Assembly (NCBI GenBank): GCA_963667255.1
Contig: OY762940.1
Span: 159,485 to 223,484, forward strand
Direction of reading: 5' to 3'
Source of the DNA: Candidatus Cloacimonadota bacterium
GTDB taxonomy: Bacteria; Cloacimonadota; Cloacimonadia; G963667145
Length of the DNA stretch: 64,000 bases
Under the pieces are notes generated by a model. The model made no database searches. It saw nothing but the letters and a program-made list of their open reading frames with translations, and was not told where the DNA came from. Position 1 is the first letter of the stretch, and each line of letters opens with the position of its first letter. Positions 52,237 through 61,083 of the stretch are shown piece after piece. The translations under genes were made by a program, and so were the position numbers.

Positions 52237-52563
52237 TCACACAAACATCTTCTTCATTATTCTATCAACTTCATCGTTAATTGTATTTTGTTTCAACACA
52301 GAATATTTGCTTGATTTCCCGCAAGTCATACATTTCAAATATTCGTCATCTTCTGGTATATACTCTTCATAAGGCGTATCAAAATAGGTTGACTGGCAAT
52401 AGGGACACTTGATTGATACTTCATAAGATATATTGCCTTTGCCTGTTGCTCTCATTCGCTGTTTGGTCGCTGTGCGTCTTACCGCAGATTTGTCACTACG
52501 CCTACGGTTGGACTTGGATATGATGACAAAGACCAAAACCAAAAAAATGATAGCAAGAATCAT
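52237..52563 (-). CDS. Small membrane-anchored zinc-ribbon protein (copy 2)
   Basis: Identical to copy 1 except SAVRRT versus SATKPT. Confidence 0.7.
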   Translation of the reverse strand: MILAIIFLVLVFVIISKSNRRRSDKSAVRRTATKQRMRATGKGNISYEVSIKCPYCQSTYFDTPYEEYIPEDDEYLKCMTCGKSSKYSVLKQNTINDEVDRIMKKMFV

Positions 52564-52599
52564 CTAAAACCTCCAATGCTTAATCTATATTTTATTTCC

Positions 52600-52904
52600 G
52601 TATGCATTCCCCTGACCACATAAATGAAGTCTCAAGTGATTAGCCGTATTTACATGGTTAGAGGAGCGAGTGGGGAAAGTTCATCAATTCCAATTACAAT
52701 ACTTTTTAATTCTTCGGTTTTTACTACTGCTCACTTATTTCCCGTATGCATTCCCAAGCTGGAGCTTGGGAACGAGCAACACTCGCACGATTAGCCGTAT
52801 TTATGTGGTCTGAGGAACGAGTGGCTGGGGTGGAATTATCCATTGCTCTGCCTTGGCAGAGTCAAGCACAAGGCTATTCCATTTCTCCCTGCTTTTGTGC
52901 TTGG
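52600..52904. repeat. Hairpin mosaic at the RM interruption point
   Basis: TGACCAC-in-REP hybrid 52600-52670, REP 52744-52776, half module 52789-52821, CAAGCACAA inverted repeat 52863-52903. Confidence 0.8.
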
Positions 52905-55514
52905 TCAATTATCTCCCTCTTCGTCTATTTGTATTTGCAGGGTTTCTTCTTCGTAGCAATACAAAGGAGCAATACTTTCTCCTCCTTTGTTATCCGACCT
53001 TATATAACCATCAGCTACAATATTTTTAGAAATAAAAACATACAAATCCTTATTTTCTGGCTGTTGCCTCCGAAATACCAACCCCAAATTGTCTCCACTC
53101 AAAAAATGCTTCATCACATTTCCTCTGGGCATACAATGAAATCCTTTGGACTTACCTGTAAAATATGTCCATCTGTCATCAAAAGGTCTGTAAGAAATTT
53201 TACAAATATTTTCTTCTTTTAACTCGGATTTTCGCAAATCATTTTGAGCCAAATCCACTTTCCAATCTCTCACATCTTTACCAAGATTGTATTTTGTTCT
53301 TGCTTCTTCTACATCCAATTGAACAAAATCAGAGATAATTTCCTTAACCTGTTCTTTTGTTTCATGAATAGTAAAATTATCTCTTGCGGTCACTATTCCA
53401 ACGCTATTCACAGGAAACAAATCAGCTACCGAAAACCCTTTTTCGTATTCGCCTTGCAAATCGTTGTCTTTCGGCACAAAAAAGTAGTTCGGCTCTTTGT
53501 ATTCTATATCTTGCCAAGCGATACTGTCCAAGCTGTTCTCTTCCAAGAAGTTGTATTTGTCGTCTCTCCTACCATAGAGGTCGCAGTGACGGACCTTCGC
53601 CAAGCTCTGATTGTCGCCTCTCTTGACCAAAATGTTGATGCTCACTCCCTGCATAATGTCAAAGACATTCTCGTCCTTGCTTCCGTCGGGGCATACCTCT
53701 TTTTTCTTGGCGTTACCGTGCAAATCGAGTGTGTAAATCTCGTCGAAACTTTGCAACAGATTCCAACGCATTCCCCTGAAAGTCGGGTTGTCCAAAAATC
53801 CGTGAGGATTGATAAAAGCCAAAATTCCCTCGCCGTTCTTGTCGATGTAGTGTTGACCGAAGCGAATAAATTTCACATAATCGTCGTTAATCCATTTGGA
53901 GTTCCGCTCTTGCAATTTCACTTTGCCACCCGGCTCTTTTTTGTAATCTTCCATAATGCTCATTATCCAGTCGCCTTTGTTGGCACTTTCGCCACTATAC
54001 GGAGGATTGCCAATGACGCACATCACTGGGGTGTCTCGCTTGATGTGGTTCGCCTCGTTTGCCTCTGTGCTGAGCCATGCGGAGAATATCGTGCCTGTGT
54101 CGGGGTGTTCCTCCTCAAGTGAGTTGGTCAGATAGATGTTGAAGCGTTGATTTTTGTTGGGAATGTAGCCAGTCTCCCCAAGGAGCATATCCAGCTTGAG
54201 ATGTGCCATAGAGTAGCTCGCCATCAGCAGCTCAAAGCCGTTGAGCCGTGGGATAAGATGCTCGTCCACATAGGCACTCCACGCACCTTGCATCGACCGA
54301 AATCGCTTCTCATAGATGAACTTGACCACTTCTGCCAAGAATGTGCCTGTGCCTGTTGCGGGGTCTAAGATTTGCACCTTGTGGACTTCTTTGTCGATTT
54401 GTTTGAAGCCTGTCTTGGAGCGATTGTCCAGCGTTTGTGTGTCCACCTTTATCATGCTTTTGCTGGTGTCGGCTATGCCTGCCGTCAGTCCGAAATCGTC
54501 TCTCAGCACTTTGTCCACTGCTCTCACGATGAACTTGACTACCGGCTCGGGAGTATACCACACGCCTCTGGCTTTCTTGAGTTTTGGGTCGTATTCTCCG
54601 AGGAAGGTCTCGTAAAAATGGATTATCGGGTCTTGCATTTTGGTGGATTTGCCGAAATTCTTCAACAGCTCTTTGATGTTGGTAGCTCTAAACACATCGG
54701 CGAGGTTGTCCACTGTGGTTTTTATCCGCTCGTCTATGTCGGGACCTGCGATGTAACCGAAGAGCCTCCGCAAGAATGGGTTGGATTTGGGTATCAGCTC
54801 GGCTGCTTCATTTCTGCTAAAATCGTCCAAAGTCTTGTCGTGCAGTCGGGCGGCAAACATCCCGTAAGCCAAGGTCTGCGAATAGATGTCGGCGAAATCA
54901 TTGATTTGCAAATCGTGAATGAGAATGTTCTTGAACGCCTGAAACTGACCTTGCAGGGAGCTGTTCTCCATAGTCTGTTCGTCCGCATTGAGAGCCTCTT
55001 CCAAGATGTTTTTCAGGAGTTTAGCTTTGCCCGCCATCATCTTGGCAAGTTTGGCGGGAGACTTTATCGTCTGCCCGATGTATTGGCAAAAGTCTTTGAG
55101 CAAATTCTCAAAGTAAGCGAAATTGTCCGCAAGTGCCACAACTTTGCCGTCCATTATCTCGGCTATGCGTATCTCGTGAGTTAGTTCGCCATTTTGATAG
55201 AACCTAAACCACAGATAGTCGGTGATTATCAGGTTGTCCAGAGCGTTGCGATAGCGGTCAAATTGCTCTTTGTAGCCCTTGGCTGCCAAGTCCTTGCCCA
55301 CATCTTTTGCCTCTATGTAACCGACGGGGATTTTGCCCTTGGTCAGCACATAGTCAGGGTTGCCACAGTCCGTCACATTCGCCGGCTCATTCGTCACTTC
55401 CACACCGGTGGTCAGCCCACGCACCAGCTCTTCCAAATCGCCTCTGTAACTATGCTCTCTGCTGATGCCCGAGGCGTATCGCTTGCTGACTTTCGCTAGA
55501 TAATCACTAATCAT
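52905..55514 (-). CDS. N-terminal part of a Type IIG/ISP-like RM enzyme (nuclease + N6-adenine MTase + TRD)
   Basis: GNPD...YIEAKD (PD-(D/E)xK), RGVWYTP, ILDPATGTGTF (motif I), IGNPPY (motif IV); stops shortly after PLY. Confidence 0.9.
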   Translation of the reverse strand: MISDYLAKVSKRYASGISREHSYRGDLEELVRGLTTGVEVTNEPANVTDCGNPDYVLTKGKIPVGYIEAKDVGKDLAAKGYKEQFDRYRNALDNLIITDYLWFRFYQNGELTHEIRIAEIMDGKVVALADNFAYFENLLKDFCQYIGQTIKSPAKLAKMMAGKAKLLKNILEEALNADEQTMENSSLQGQFQAFKNILIHDLQINDFADIYSQTLAYGMFAARLHDKTLDDFSRNEAAELIPKSNPFLRRLFGYIAGPDIDERIKTTVDNLADVFRATNIKELLKNFGKSTKMQDPIIHFYETFLGEYDPKLKKARGVWYTPEPVVKFIVRAVDKVLRDDFGLTAGIADTSKSMIKVDTQTLDNRSKTGFKQIDKEVHKVQILDPATGTGTFLAEVVKFIYEKRFRSMQGAWSAYVDEHLIPRLNGFELLMASYSMAHLKLDMLLGETGYIPNKNQRFNIYLTNSLEEEHPDTGTIFSAWLSTEANEANHIKRDTPVMCVIGNPPYSGESANKGDWIMSIMEDYKKEPGGKVKLQERNSKWINDDYVKFIRFGQHYIDKNGEGILAFINPHGFLDNPTFRGMRWNLLQSFDEIYTLDLHGNAKKKEVCPDGSKDENVFDIMQGVSINILVKRGDNQSLAKVRHCDLYGRRDDKYNFLEENSLDSIAWQDIEYKEPNYFFVPKDNDLQGEYEKGFSVADLFPVNSVGIVTARDNFTIHETKEQVKEIISDFVQLDVEEARTKYNLGKDVRDWKVDLAQNDLRKSELKEENICKISYRPFDDRWTYFTGKSKGFHCMPRGNVMKHFLSGDNLGLVFRRQQPENKDLYVFISKNIVADGYIRSDNKGGESIAPLYCYEEETLQIQIDEEGDN

Positions 55515-55699
55515 TTTTACCTACTATTTTATGAAATTCTCAAAACTAAAGTTCTACTCTGACAGGTTATGAAACTTCAAGCAAATAAATCAAGCGTTAT
55601 TTAAAATTTTTGCAAAAAACTTAAATAGCAAACTCCTTAATTAAGATTTTGCCGATTTTCTTAATTAGTGGGAAGATTATTTAAGAGTCGCGAGAATAG

Positions 55700-56150
55700 C
55701 CTAACCACAAAAGCACCAAGCAATAGAATAGTCTTGTGTTTGGCTACGCAGTTCAGTCTCTTGAGCCTTTGCAGAGACTAAAAAACAATCTCACTCCCAA
55801 GCTGGAGATTGAGAGTGTATATGTGCTTTCTAATTCCCTTATGCATTCCCAAGCTGGAGCTTGGGAACGAGTAAAAAGTTGTGGTTGGCTGGAAATTGAG
55901 AGGCGAGTTCCTGAAAAGCAACTGATAGTATCTCAACCTCTCCCCAACTGGATTCCCGCTTTCGCAGGAACGAGGCAAGAAGAGCAAGAAGCCCAAACAT
56001 CCCGCACCCTCATACCCGTGAAAACGGGTATCCATTCTTGGCTCATTTCTTAGAAAAAGCAACTGCTGTCTCCCCTGTCCCTCTGAGCGAAAACAAAAAA
56101 CACTGGCGAGTTTACTCAGCCAGTGTTCCGCAATTTTTCATTTTTCATTC
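55700..56150. repeat. Intergenic hairpin mosaic
   Basis: Degenerate REP doublet 55790-55871, palindromes at 55952 and 56012, CACTGGC hairpin 56099-56127; 55918-56035 resembles 47855-47970. Confidence 0.85.
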
Positions 56151-56612
56151 TTATTTTTTATCTAAAAGAAACCTCTCCCACACCCGAAACTTCCCCTTCT
56201 GCTTCTCTGCCAATAAGCCACTCTTCACAAGCGAACTGAACGCAGTCTGCACCACTTCTACTCCTGACTTGTGAAATTTGGAAAAGATTTTTTCCTTGGT
56301 TTTTGGATTCTCACAGAAATCCAAAATCTTCTGCTCCAACCCCTGTGCAACACTAATTTTCTCCGAGCCGACAACGACCAAAGTTTGCCCAAGATTGCAA
56401 CGAACTCCATCTTTTTCGGTAAAAAACTTAACCCCTACACTTTTTAGAAAAGCACGCACTTTCCGCTTGAGAATGCCGTCGCTTCCTCCTGAGCCATAAC
56501 CATGCACCACCACCAGTTCACAGTGCGGAGAGCCGACCAAGCTGTTGTATTTTTGCACCAGAGTCGCCAAGCCTTCTTGCACTGTCAGCCCATGCAAATC
56601 AACTTCCATCAT
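56151..56612 (-). CDS. Small Smr/MutS2-domain protein
   Basis: EVDLHGL...VVHGYGS...GILK...NLGQT. Confidence 0.8.
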   Translation of the reverse strand: MMEVDLHGLTVQEGLATLVQKYNSLVGSPHCELVVVHGYGSGGSDGILKRKVRAFLKSVGVKFFTEKDGVRCNLGQTLVVVGSEKISVAQGLEQKILDFCENPKTKEKIFSKFHKSGVEVVQTAFSSLVKSGLLAEKQKGKFRVWERFLLDKK

Positions 56613-58765
56613 TGCACGAAATAGTCGTAAATATCTTGCTCCCCAGTCAATTGCAAAAGCTTTTCCGATTTGTCCATAGAGTCCACCTTTTGGGCGAGCT
56701 GAGTCATTATCTGGATGTGCGGAGAAGCGTTTTTATTGGAAGAAAGTATCAGCACAAAAATCTTCGTCGGTCTTTTGTCCATCGAACCGGCATCAATATC
56801 TTTTGCGGAAATCCCTATCGCCACTACGCCATACTCCACGGCATCGGTTTTGGCATGCGGAAAACAAGCATAATTGCCAAAAGCGGTAGAAGCTGTATGC
56901 TCCCGTGCCAAGACCGCCTGCAAAGCCAACTCCTTGTTCTTTATCATCCCCGCATCCCCCAAGCAATTCATCATCTCCTCGATGATGCTATCCACATTAT
57001 TGCCCTTCAGATTGGGGATAATCGCCTGCCGACACACAAAATCTTTGAGCTTGATTTTGCTCTTCTCATTCACTACAATCTCTTTGTTGCCGAGAGTCGG
57101 ACGGAGATTTTTTTTCTGAGTGCTCACCTCTCCCTTGAGCAAATTCATCTCTTCCACCAACTGCGTAAGTGCCTCATTGATAAGAGCTTTCACGAAATCG
57201 ATGTTTTCGCTTTGTGTCTCAACCTTGATTTTCCTCGGCATCACCAGCAACTTGATATTAATCAAATCTTTCCTGATGTAATAAAGTTTGTTCTCCAGTC
57301 GCAATGCATGAATAAAAAAGCCTTCGTTCCGAAAAAACTCAATCGTCGTGTCCGCCAAAAAACTGGTAAATTGCTGCGTAGCAAATTTGAACTCCACCAC
57401 TTGCATATTCTCGCCAACGCCTTTTTGCTCAATTCCCACTTTGTCCTTTTCAAACAGATGTCCAATCACGGGCGAAGCGACGGCAGTGCTCAGCAAAACC
57501 AAAATAATGGCACAGCCGAAAATATCGGTGGAGATATATCCACCGGCAAGACCGATGCCAGCCACGATGGTGGTTACCTCTCCGCGAGGGACCATCCCAA
57601 AGCCTATTCGCAAAGCTCCCAGAGGATTGAACCCCAAGAGCAAACTGGGCAACCCGCAACCCAATATCTTGGCGATTATCGCTACAGCAGAGAAAAACAA
57701 TCCGAAGAGCAACACCGAGCTTTCCCCGAAAACCCACACATCGACCATCATTCCCACTACCACGAAAAAAATCGGCACAAACATCACCTTCAGAAGTTCC
57801 ACACTATCCAAAATGGTGAAACTGATGTCCGTCTTGGACAAGGACAACCCCGTAACATACGCCCCGATAATCATCGCCAATCCTGCTTTCTCGAAAATTC
57901 CGGCTACCAAAAGTGCCAACCCGAAAGCCAGCGTAGAGAAAATATAACGATTCTTGAAAAACTTGAGCGTCTTGGAAATTTTATGAGCGAAGACCAGTCC
58001 CAACAACGTAAAGAGAAGCCAAACACCGACAGCTTTTCCGCCTATCAAAAAAACCTTAGTCCAGTTCATCGCAGCACCACTACTCAGCGAGCCGATTATC
58101 CCCAAAACGATGGCGAAAATTATAATGCCCGAAATGTCGTCCAACACTGCGATAGACAATATCGTCACACCCTCGGCAGAGCTTAGCTTCCGCTTTTCCG
58201 AAATTATCCTCGCTGTCGCCCCGATGGAAGTTGCCGTGGACAAAATCCCGAGAAATAAGCAGGTCGGACTCATGAACCCTTTGTCGAAATAGAGCATTCC
58301 GGCGAGAGCAGCCAACCCGAACGAGAAAATAACATCGGCAGCTATGAACAACGAAAATTTGCCAATCAGCTTCTTGATAGAGCCACCGCCAAAGCTCATT
58401 ATCATCTCCAAGTCAGTCTCCAAACCGGCACAAAAAAGCAGAACGATGGAGGCAAAAGTTGAGATGGAATATAGAGCCGGCGAAATGGGGAAGCTCCCAT
58501 CAACGAGCGGAAAAATCCCTTCGGGGAAACCTGCAAATCCCATAGAGCCAAGCAAATACGGTCCAATGACTATTCCGGCACTTATCTCTCCGAGAACAGA
58601 CGGCAATCCTATTTTTTTGAATAAATCTCCGAAAATCTTCGCCGCAAAGATTATCACGCCGATTTGCACTACCAACATCGTGGCTTCCTCGATAGCCCCG
58701 TTCTCCTTAGCGAACACAAGAGAAAAACAACCCAAAAATAAAACTACCGACAACATCTTTTTCAT
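56609..58765 (-). CDS. Cation:proton antiporter (CPA2) fused to a PTS EIIA-like domain
   Basis: PSVLGEI.AG, AGLETD, AVLDD, GMVPRGEV; C-terminal ARE...ST...FPHAK. Confidence 0.9.
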   Translation of the reverse strand: MKKMLSVVLFLGCFSLVFAKENGAIEEATMLVVQIGVIIFAAKIFGDLFKKIGLPSVLGEISAGIVIGPYLLGSMGFAGFPEGIFPLVDGSFPISPALYSISTFASIVLLFCAGLETDLEMIMSFGGGSIKKLIGKFSLFIAADVIFSFGLAALAGMLYFDKGFMSPTCLFLGILSTATSIGATARIISEKRKLSSAEGVTILSIAVLDDISGIIIFAIVLGIIGSLSSGAAMNWTKVFLIGGKAVGVWLLFTLLGLVFAHKISKTLKFFKNRYIFSTLAFGLALLVAGIFEKAGLAMIIGAYVTGLSLSKTDISFTILDSVELLKVMFVPIFFVVVGMMVDVWVFGESSVLLFGLFFSAVAIIAKILGCGLPSLLLGFNPLGALRIGFGMVPRGEVTTIVAGIGLAGGYISTDIFGCAIILVLLSTAVASPVIGHLFEKDKVGIEQKGVGENMQVVEFKFATQQFTSFLADTTIEFFRNEGFFIHALRLENKLYYIRKDLINIKLLVMPRKIKVETQSENIDFVKALINEALTQLVEEMNLLKGEVSTQKKNLRPTLGNKEIVVNEKSKIKLKDFVCRQAIIPNLKGNNVDSIIEEMMNCLGDAGMIKNKELALQAVLAREHTASTAFGNYACFPHAKTDAVEYGVVAIGISAKDIDAGSMDKRPTKIFVLILSSNKNASPHIQIMTQLAQKVDSMDKSEKLLQLTGEQDIYDYFVQ

Positions 58766-58900
58766 ACACAACCTCTTTCCTAAAAAAGCTAACTTGGACA
58801 AGGCATCTATACCGAGTTTTCGTCAACAAGATTAAAAAAAATAAATTAACCAATTTTTATTTGACACGGAAACCATAAATTTGAGATTGGAAAATGTTGA

Positions 58901-58977
<77 letters not shown>

Positions 58978-58985
58978 TTTTTTTT

Positions 58986-59062
58986 GGCGACATAGCTCAG
59001 TTGGTTAGAGCATCGGAATCATAATCCGAGTGTCCGGGGTTCGAGTCCCTGTGTCGCTACCA
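58986..59062 (+). tRNA. tRNA-Met (CAT), probably elongator (Ile2 not excluded)
   Basis: GGCGACA acceptor stem, TCGGA-ATCATAA-TCCGA, GTTCGAG T-loop, CCA. Confidence 0.88.
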
Positions 59063-59074
59063 ATTTTCTGTAGT

Positions 59075-59151
59075 GCGCCAATAGCTCAGCTGGATAGAGC
59101 AACGGCCTTCTAAGCCGTAGGTCTCAGGTTCGAATCCTGATTGGCGTGCCA
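59075..59151 (+). tRNA. tRNA-Arg (TCT)
   Basis: ACGGC-CTTCTAA-GCCGT, GTTCGAATC, CCA. Confidence 0.95.
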
Positions 59152-59168
59152 TTTATTAGTTTAAACTT

Positions 59169-59720
59169 TCACTGCTTAACTTTACAAGTGCCAATACGAA
59201 TTTTCATCGCCATTTTCTTTGAAACTTGCTTTTCGTCGAAATCTTTTTCGCCCAAACATACCATCTCATCATCTTGAAAGCCTATCTTGAATTTAACATC
59301 TGCAACATCTAATAATTCATCCCCAAAACTAACACTTACAACTTTCAATCGTGAAATAGTTCTAAGGATTCTTACATTAAGATAATTGTTACGCAACCTG
59401 TCAGAACGACCTGCATATTTGTCTATTGCCATAGGTCCTGAAGGTAATTTCCCAAGACACCTGTCAGACTCTTGCCCGTAATCAAATTTTACCTTCAACT
59501 CATCAATTTCGATAATTTTGCCTTGTTTATCTCGAAAAAAAGAATCATAAACAACTAAGAATTCGTTAAGAACTTTATCTACGCTATCAGAATATTCTTT
59601 CTGCCAATCAGTTTGTGAATTCCACAATATCTTTAGAAATTTATAAATGAGAAAAAGAATTAAAAGGAAAACAAAACAACAAAAAAAATGATATAAGGCT
59701 ACTTTACTTTGATAATCCAC
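59169..59720 (-). CDS. Hypothetical membrane-anchored protein
   Basis: 183-aa ORF with an N-terminal TM, co-oriented downstream of the NlpD-like gene. Confidence 0.55.
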   Translation of the reverse strand: MDYQSKVALYHFFCCFVFLLILFLIYKFLKILWNSQTDWQKEYSDSVDKVLNEFLVVYDSFFRDKQGKIIEIDELKVKFDYGQESDRCLGKLPSGPMAIDKYAGRSDRLRNNYLNVRILRTISRLKVVSVSFGDELLDVADVKFKIGFQDDEMVCLGEKDFDEKQVSKKMAMKIRIGTCKVKQ

Positions 59721-59729
59721 AAAATATCC

Positions 59730-60839
59730 CTAATTGAAGTTTAAAACTTTTCGCGGATCAACAGCTTTTCCTTTTACCCTATACTCGAAGTGCAATTGCG
59801 GACTATCCACACGACCAGTTTCTCCGAGTTTTGCTATCGGCTGACCTGCTGACACTTTATCGCCACTACGCACCAGATTGGTTTTGTTGTGAGCATAGAC
59901 AGTCATCACAAACTTCTCATGCTCCAGAACTATCACATTGCCATAGCCTCTCTGCTCTCCGGCGAAAATCACTTTGCCCGCCAAAACTGCGTTCACGGGC
60001 TGACCATCCTTGCCAGCTATATCGATGCCTTTATTCATTACGACACCTTGATTGCCAAAATTGGAAACAACTCGTCCACCCTCCACGGGCAAATTGAGCT
60101 TGGAGTGCTGAGGTTTAGCTTGAGAAATTGTTTTGGAGGTAACTCTGGCTACGCTCGGAGCAACTTTGGTAGCTACCCTTTTCGCTGCAATTATCGTTCC
60201 TCCACCTATTCCGGCACTAACGCTCGTCCTCACACTATTCGCTGTTGCCGTAGCAGCCAAACTCTTGACCGCTGACCTTTTGGGAGCAGTGTAAGTTACG
60301 CTTTTCTTGGAAATCTCGGACTCCTTCTTCACCTTGCCGGCAACAAGCCAAACCTTTTGCCCTGTCTGCACCTGCATACTCTCCAACTCGTTGTTCGCTA
60401 CCAAATCCAACACGAAAATCCCATACATCTGCGAAATATCCGCCAAAGTCTCGCCATTTGCCACAATGTGGTATTTTGCAGCGGGCATCTCTCTCTTCGT
60501 AATCATCTTGGGATAAGCTCGCACATTAGGCGTAAAATAGATTTTCTGACCAACAAAAATCTCGTCATCAACTAAATTGTTGTAAAATTTCAACTTGTTT
60601 ACCGGAATTTTGCACGACTTGCTGATTTGGTAGAGATTTTCTCCCCGCTGAACAATGTGATACTCATCCGAGGGCGTGACATAAACGGGATTGCTATAAG
60701 CCTGATTGAGGTCAGCGATGCTCTTCTCATTCTTTGTGGAACTCTCCACAGCCTTGGGATCTTTGTTGTATATAACAGCAGGGGCACACGCCGTCATCAA
60801 AAAGCTAACTAAACAAAATCTCAAAATTCTTTTTGTCAT
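59730..60839 (-). CDS. LysM + M23 domain lipoprotein (NlpD-like)
   Basis: Lipobox LMTAC, two LysM domains, NKGIDI, YAHN, LHFE. Confidence 0.88.
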   Translation of the reverse strand: MTKRILRFCLVSFLMTACAPAVIYNKDPKAVESSTKNEKSIADLNQAYSNPVYVTPSDEYHIVQRGENLYQISKSCKIPVNKLKFYNNLVDDEIFVGQKIYFTPNVRAYPKMITKREMPAAKYHIVANGETLADISQMYGIFVLDLVANNELESMQVQTGQKVWLVAGKVKKESEISKKSVTYTAPKRSAVKSLAATATANSVRTSVSAGIGGGTIIAAKRVATKVAPSVARVTSKTISQAKPQHSKLNLPVEGGRVVSNFGNQGVVMNKGIDIAGKDGQPVNAVLAGKVIFAGEQRGYGNVIVLEHEKFVMTVYAHNKTNLVRSGDKVSAGQPIAKLGETGRVDSPQLHFEYRVKGKAVDPRKVLNFN

Positions 60840-61083
60840 AATTACCTATCTTTACGCATTTTACATCGTCCACTCTGGCAAAAATCGGTCCATTGCTCAA
60901 CTCTTCTTCAAAAAATTTTCGCTGCTCTTCCGTAGCAAAACAAGCTAAAACTTCCACTCTGCCATCCGACAAATTTCTGACATATCCGCATATCCCCAAG
61001 CCGACAGCTTTTTTATACACAAACTTCCTGTAGCCGACTCCCTGCACTCTGCCACTTACAAAATAGCAAAACGATTTTGTCAT
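60805..61083 (-). CDS. acyP: Acylphosphatase
   Basis: [23 protein letters not shown]. Confidence 0.93.
   Translation of the reverse strand: MTKSFCYFVSGRVQGVGYRKFVYKKAVGLGICGYVRNLSDGRVEVLACFATEEQRKFFEEELSNGPIFARVDDVKCVKIGNYDKKNFEILFS

Larger units (their letters stand above)
50464..52650. repeat. 1079-bp tandem duplication
   Basis: Unit boundary AAATGAAGTCTCAA at 50464, 51543 and 52622; duplicated ORFs offset by exactly 1079. Confidence 0.95.

Noticed and set aside
49673-52904. Classical integron with attC sites
   Set aside because: No tyrosine integrase is present, and I found no paired RYYYAAC...GTTRRRY boxes around the cargo genes; only an isolated GTTAAGC near 50412-50418.
10389-56150. 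CRISPR array interpretation of the recurring ~33-nt palindromes
   Set aside because: Copies are dispersed, occur in both orientations and lack regular unique spacers; no cas genes are in the window.
58861-58890. Sigma70 promoter for the tRNA cluster
   Set aside because: TTGACA is present at 58861, but there is no convincing -10 at the proper spacing, so it is not called.
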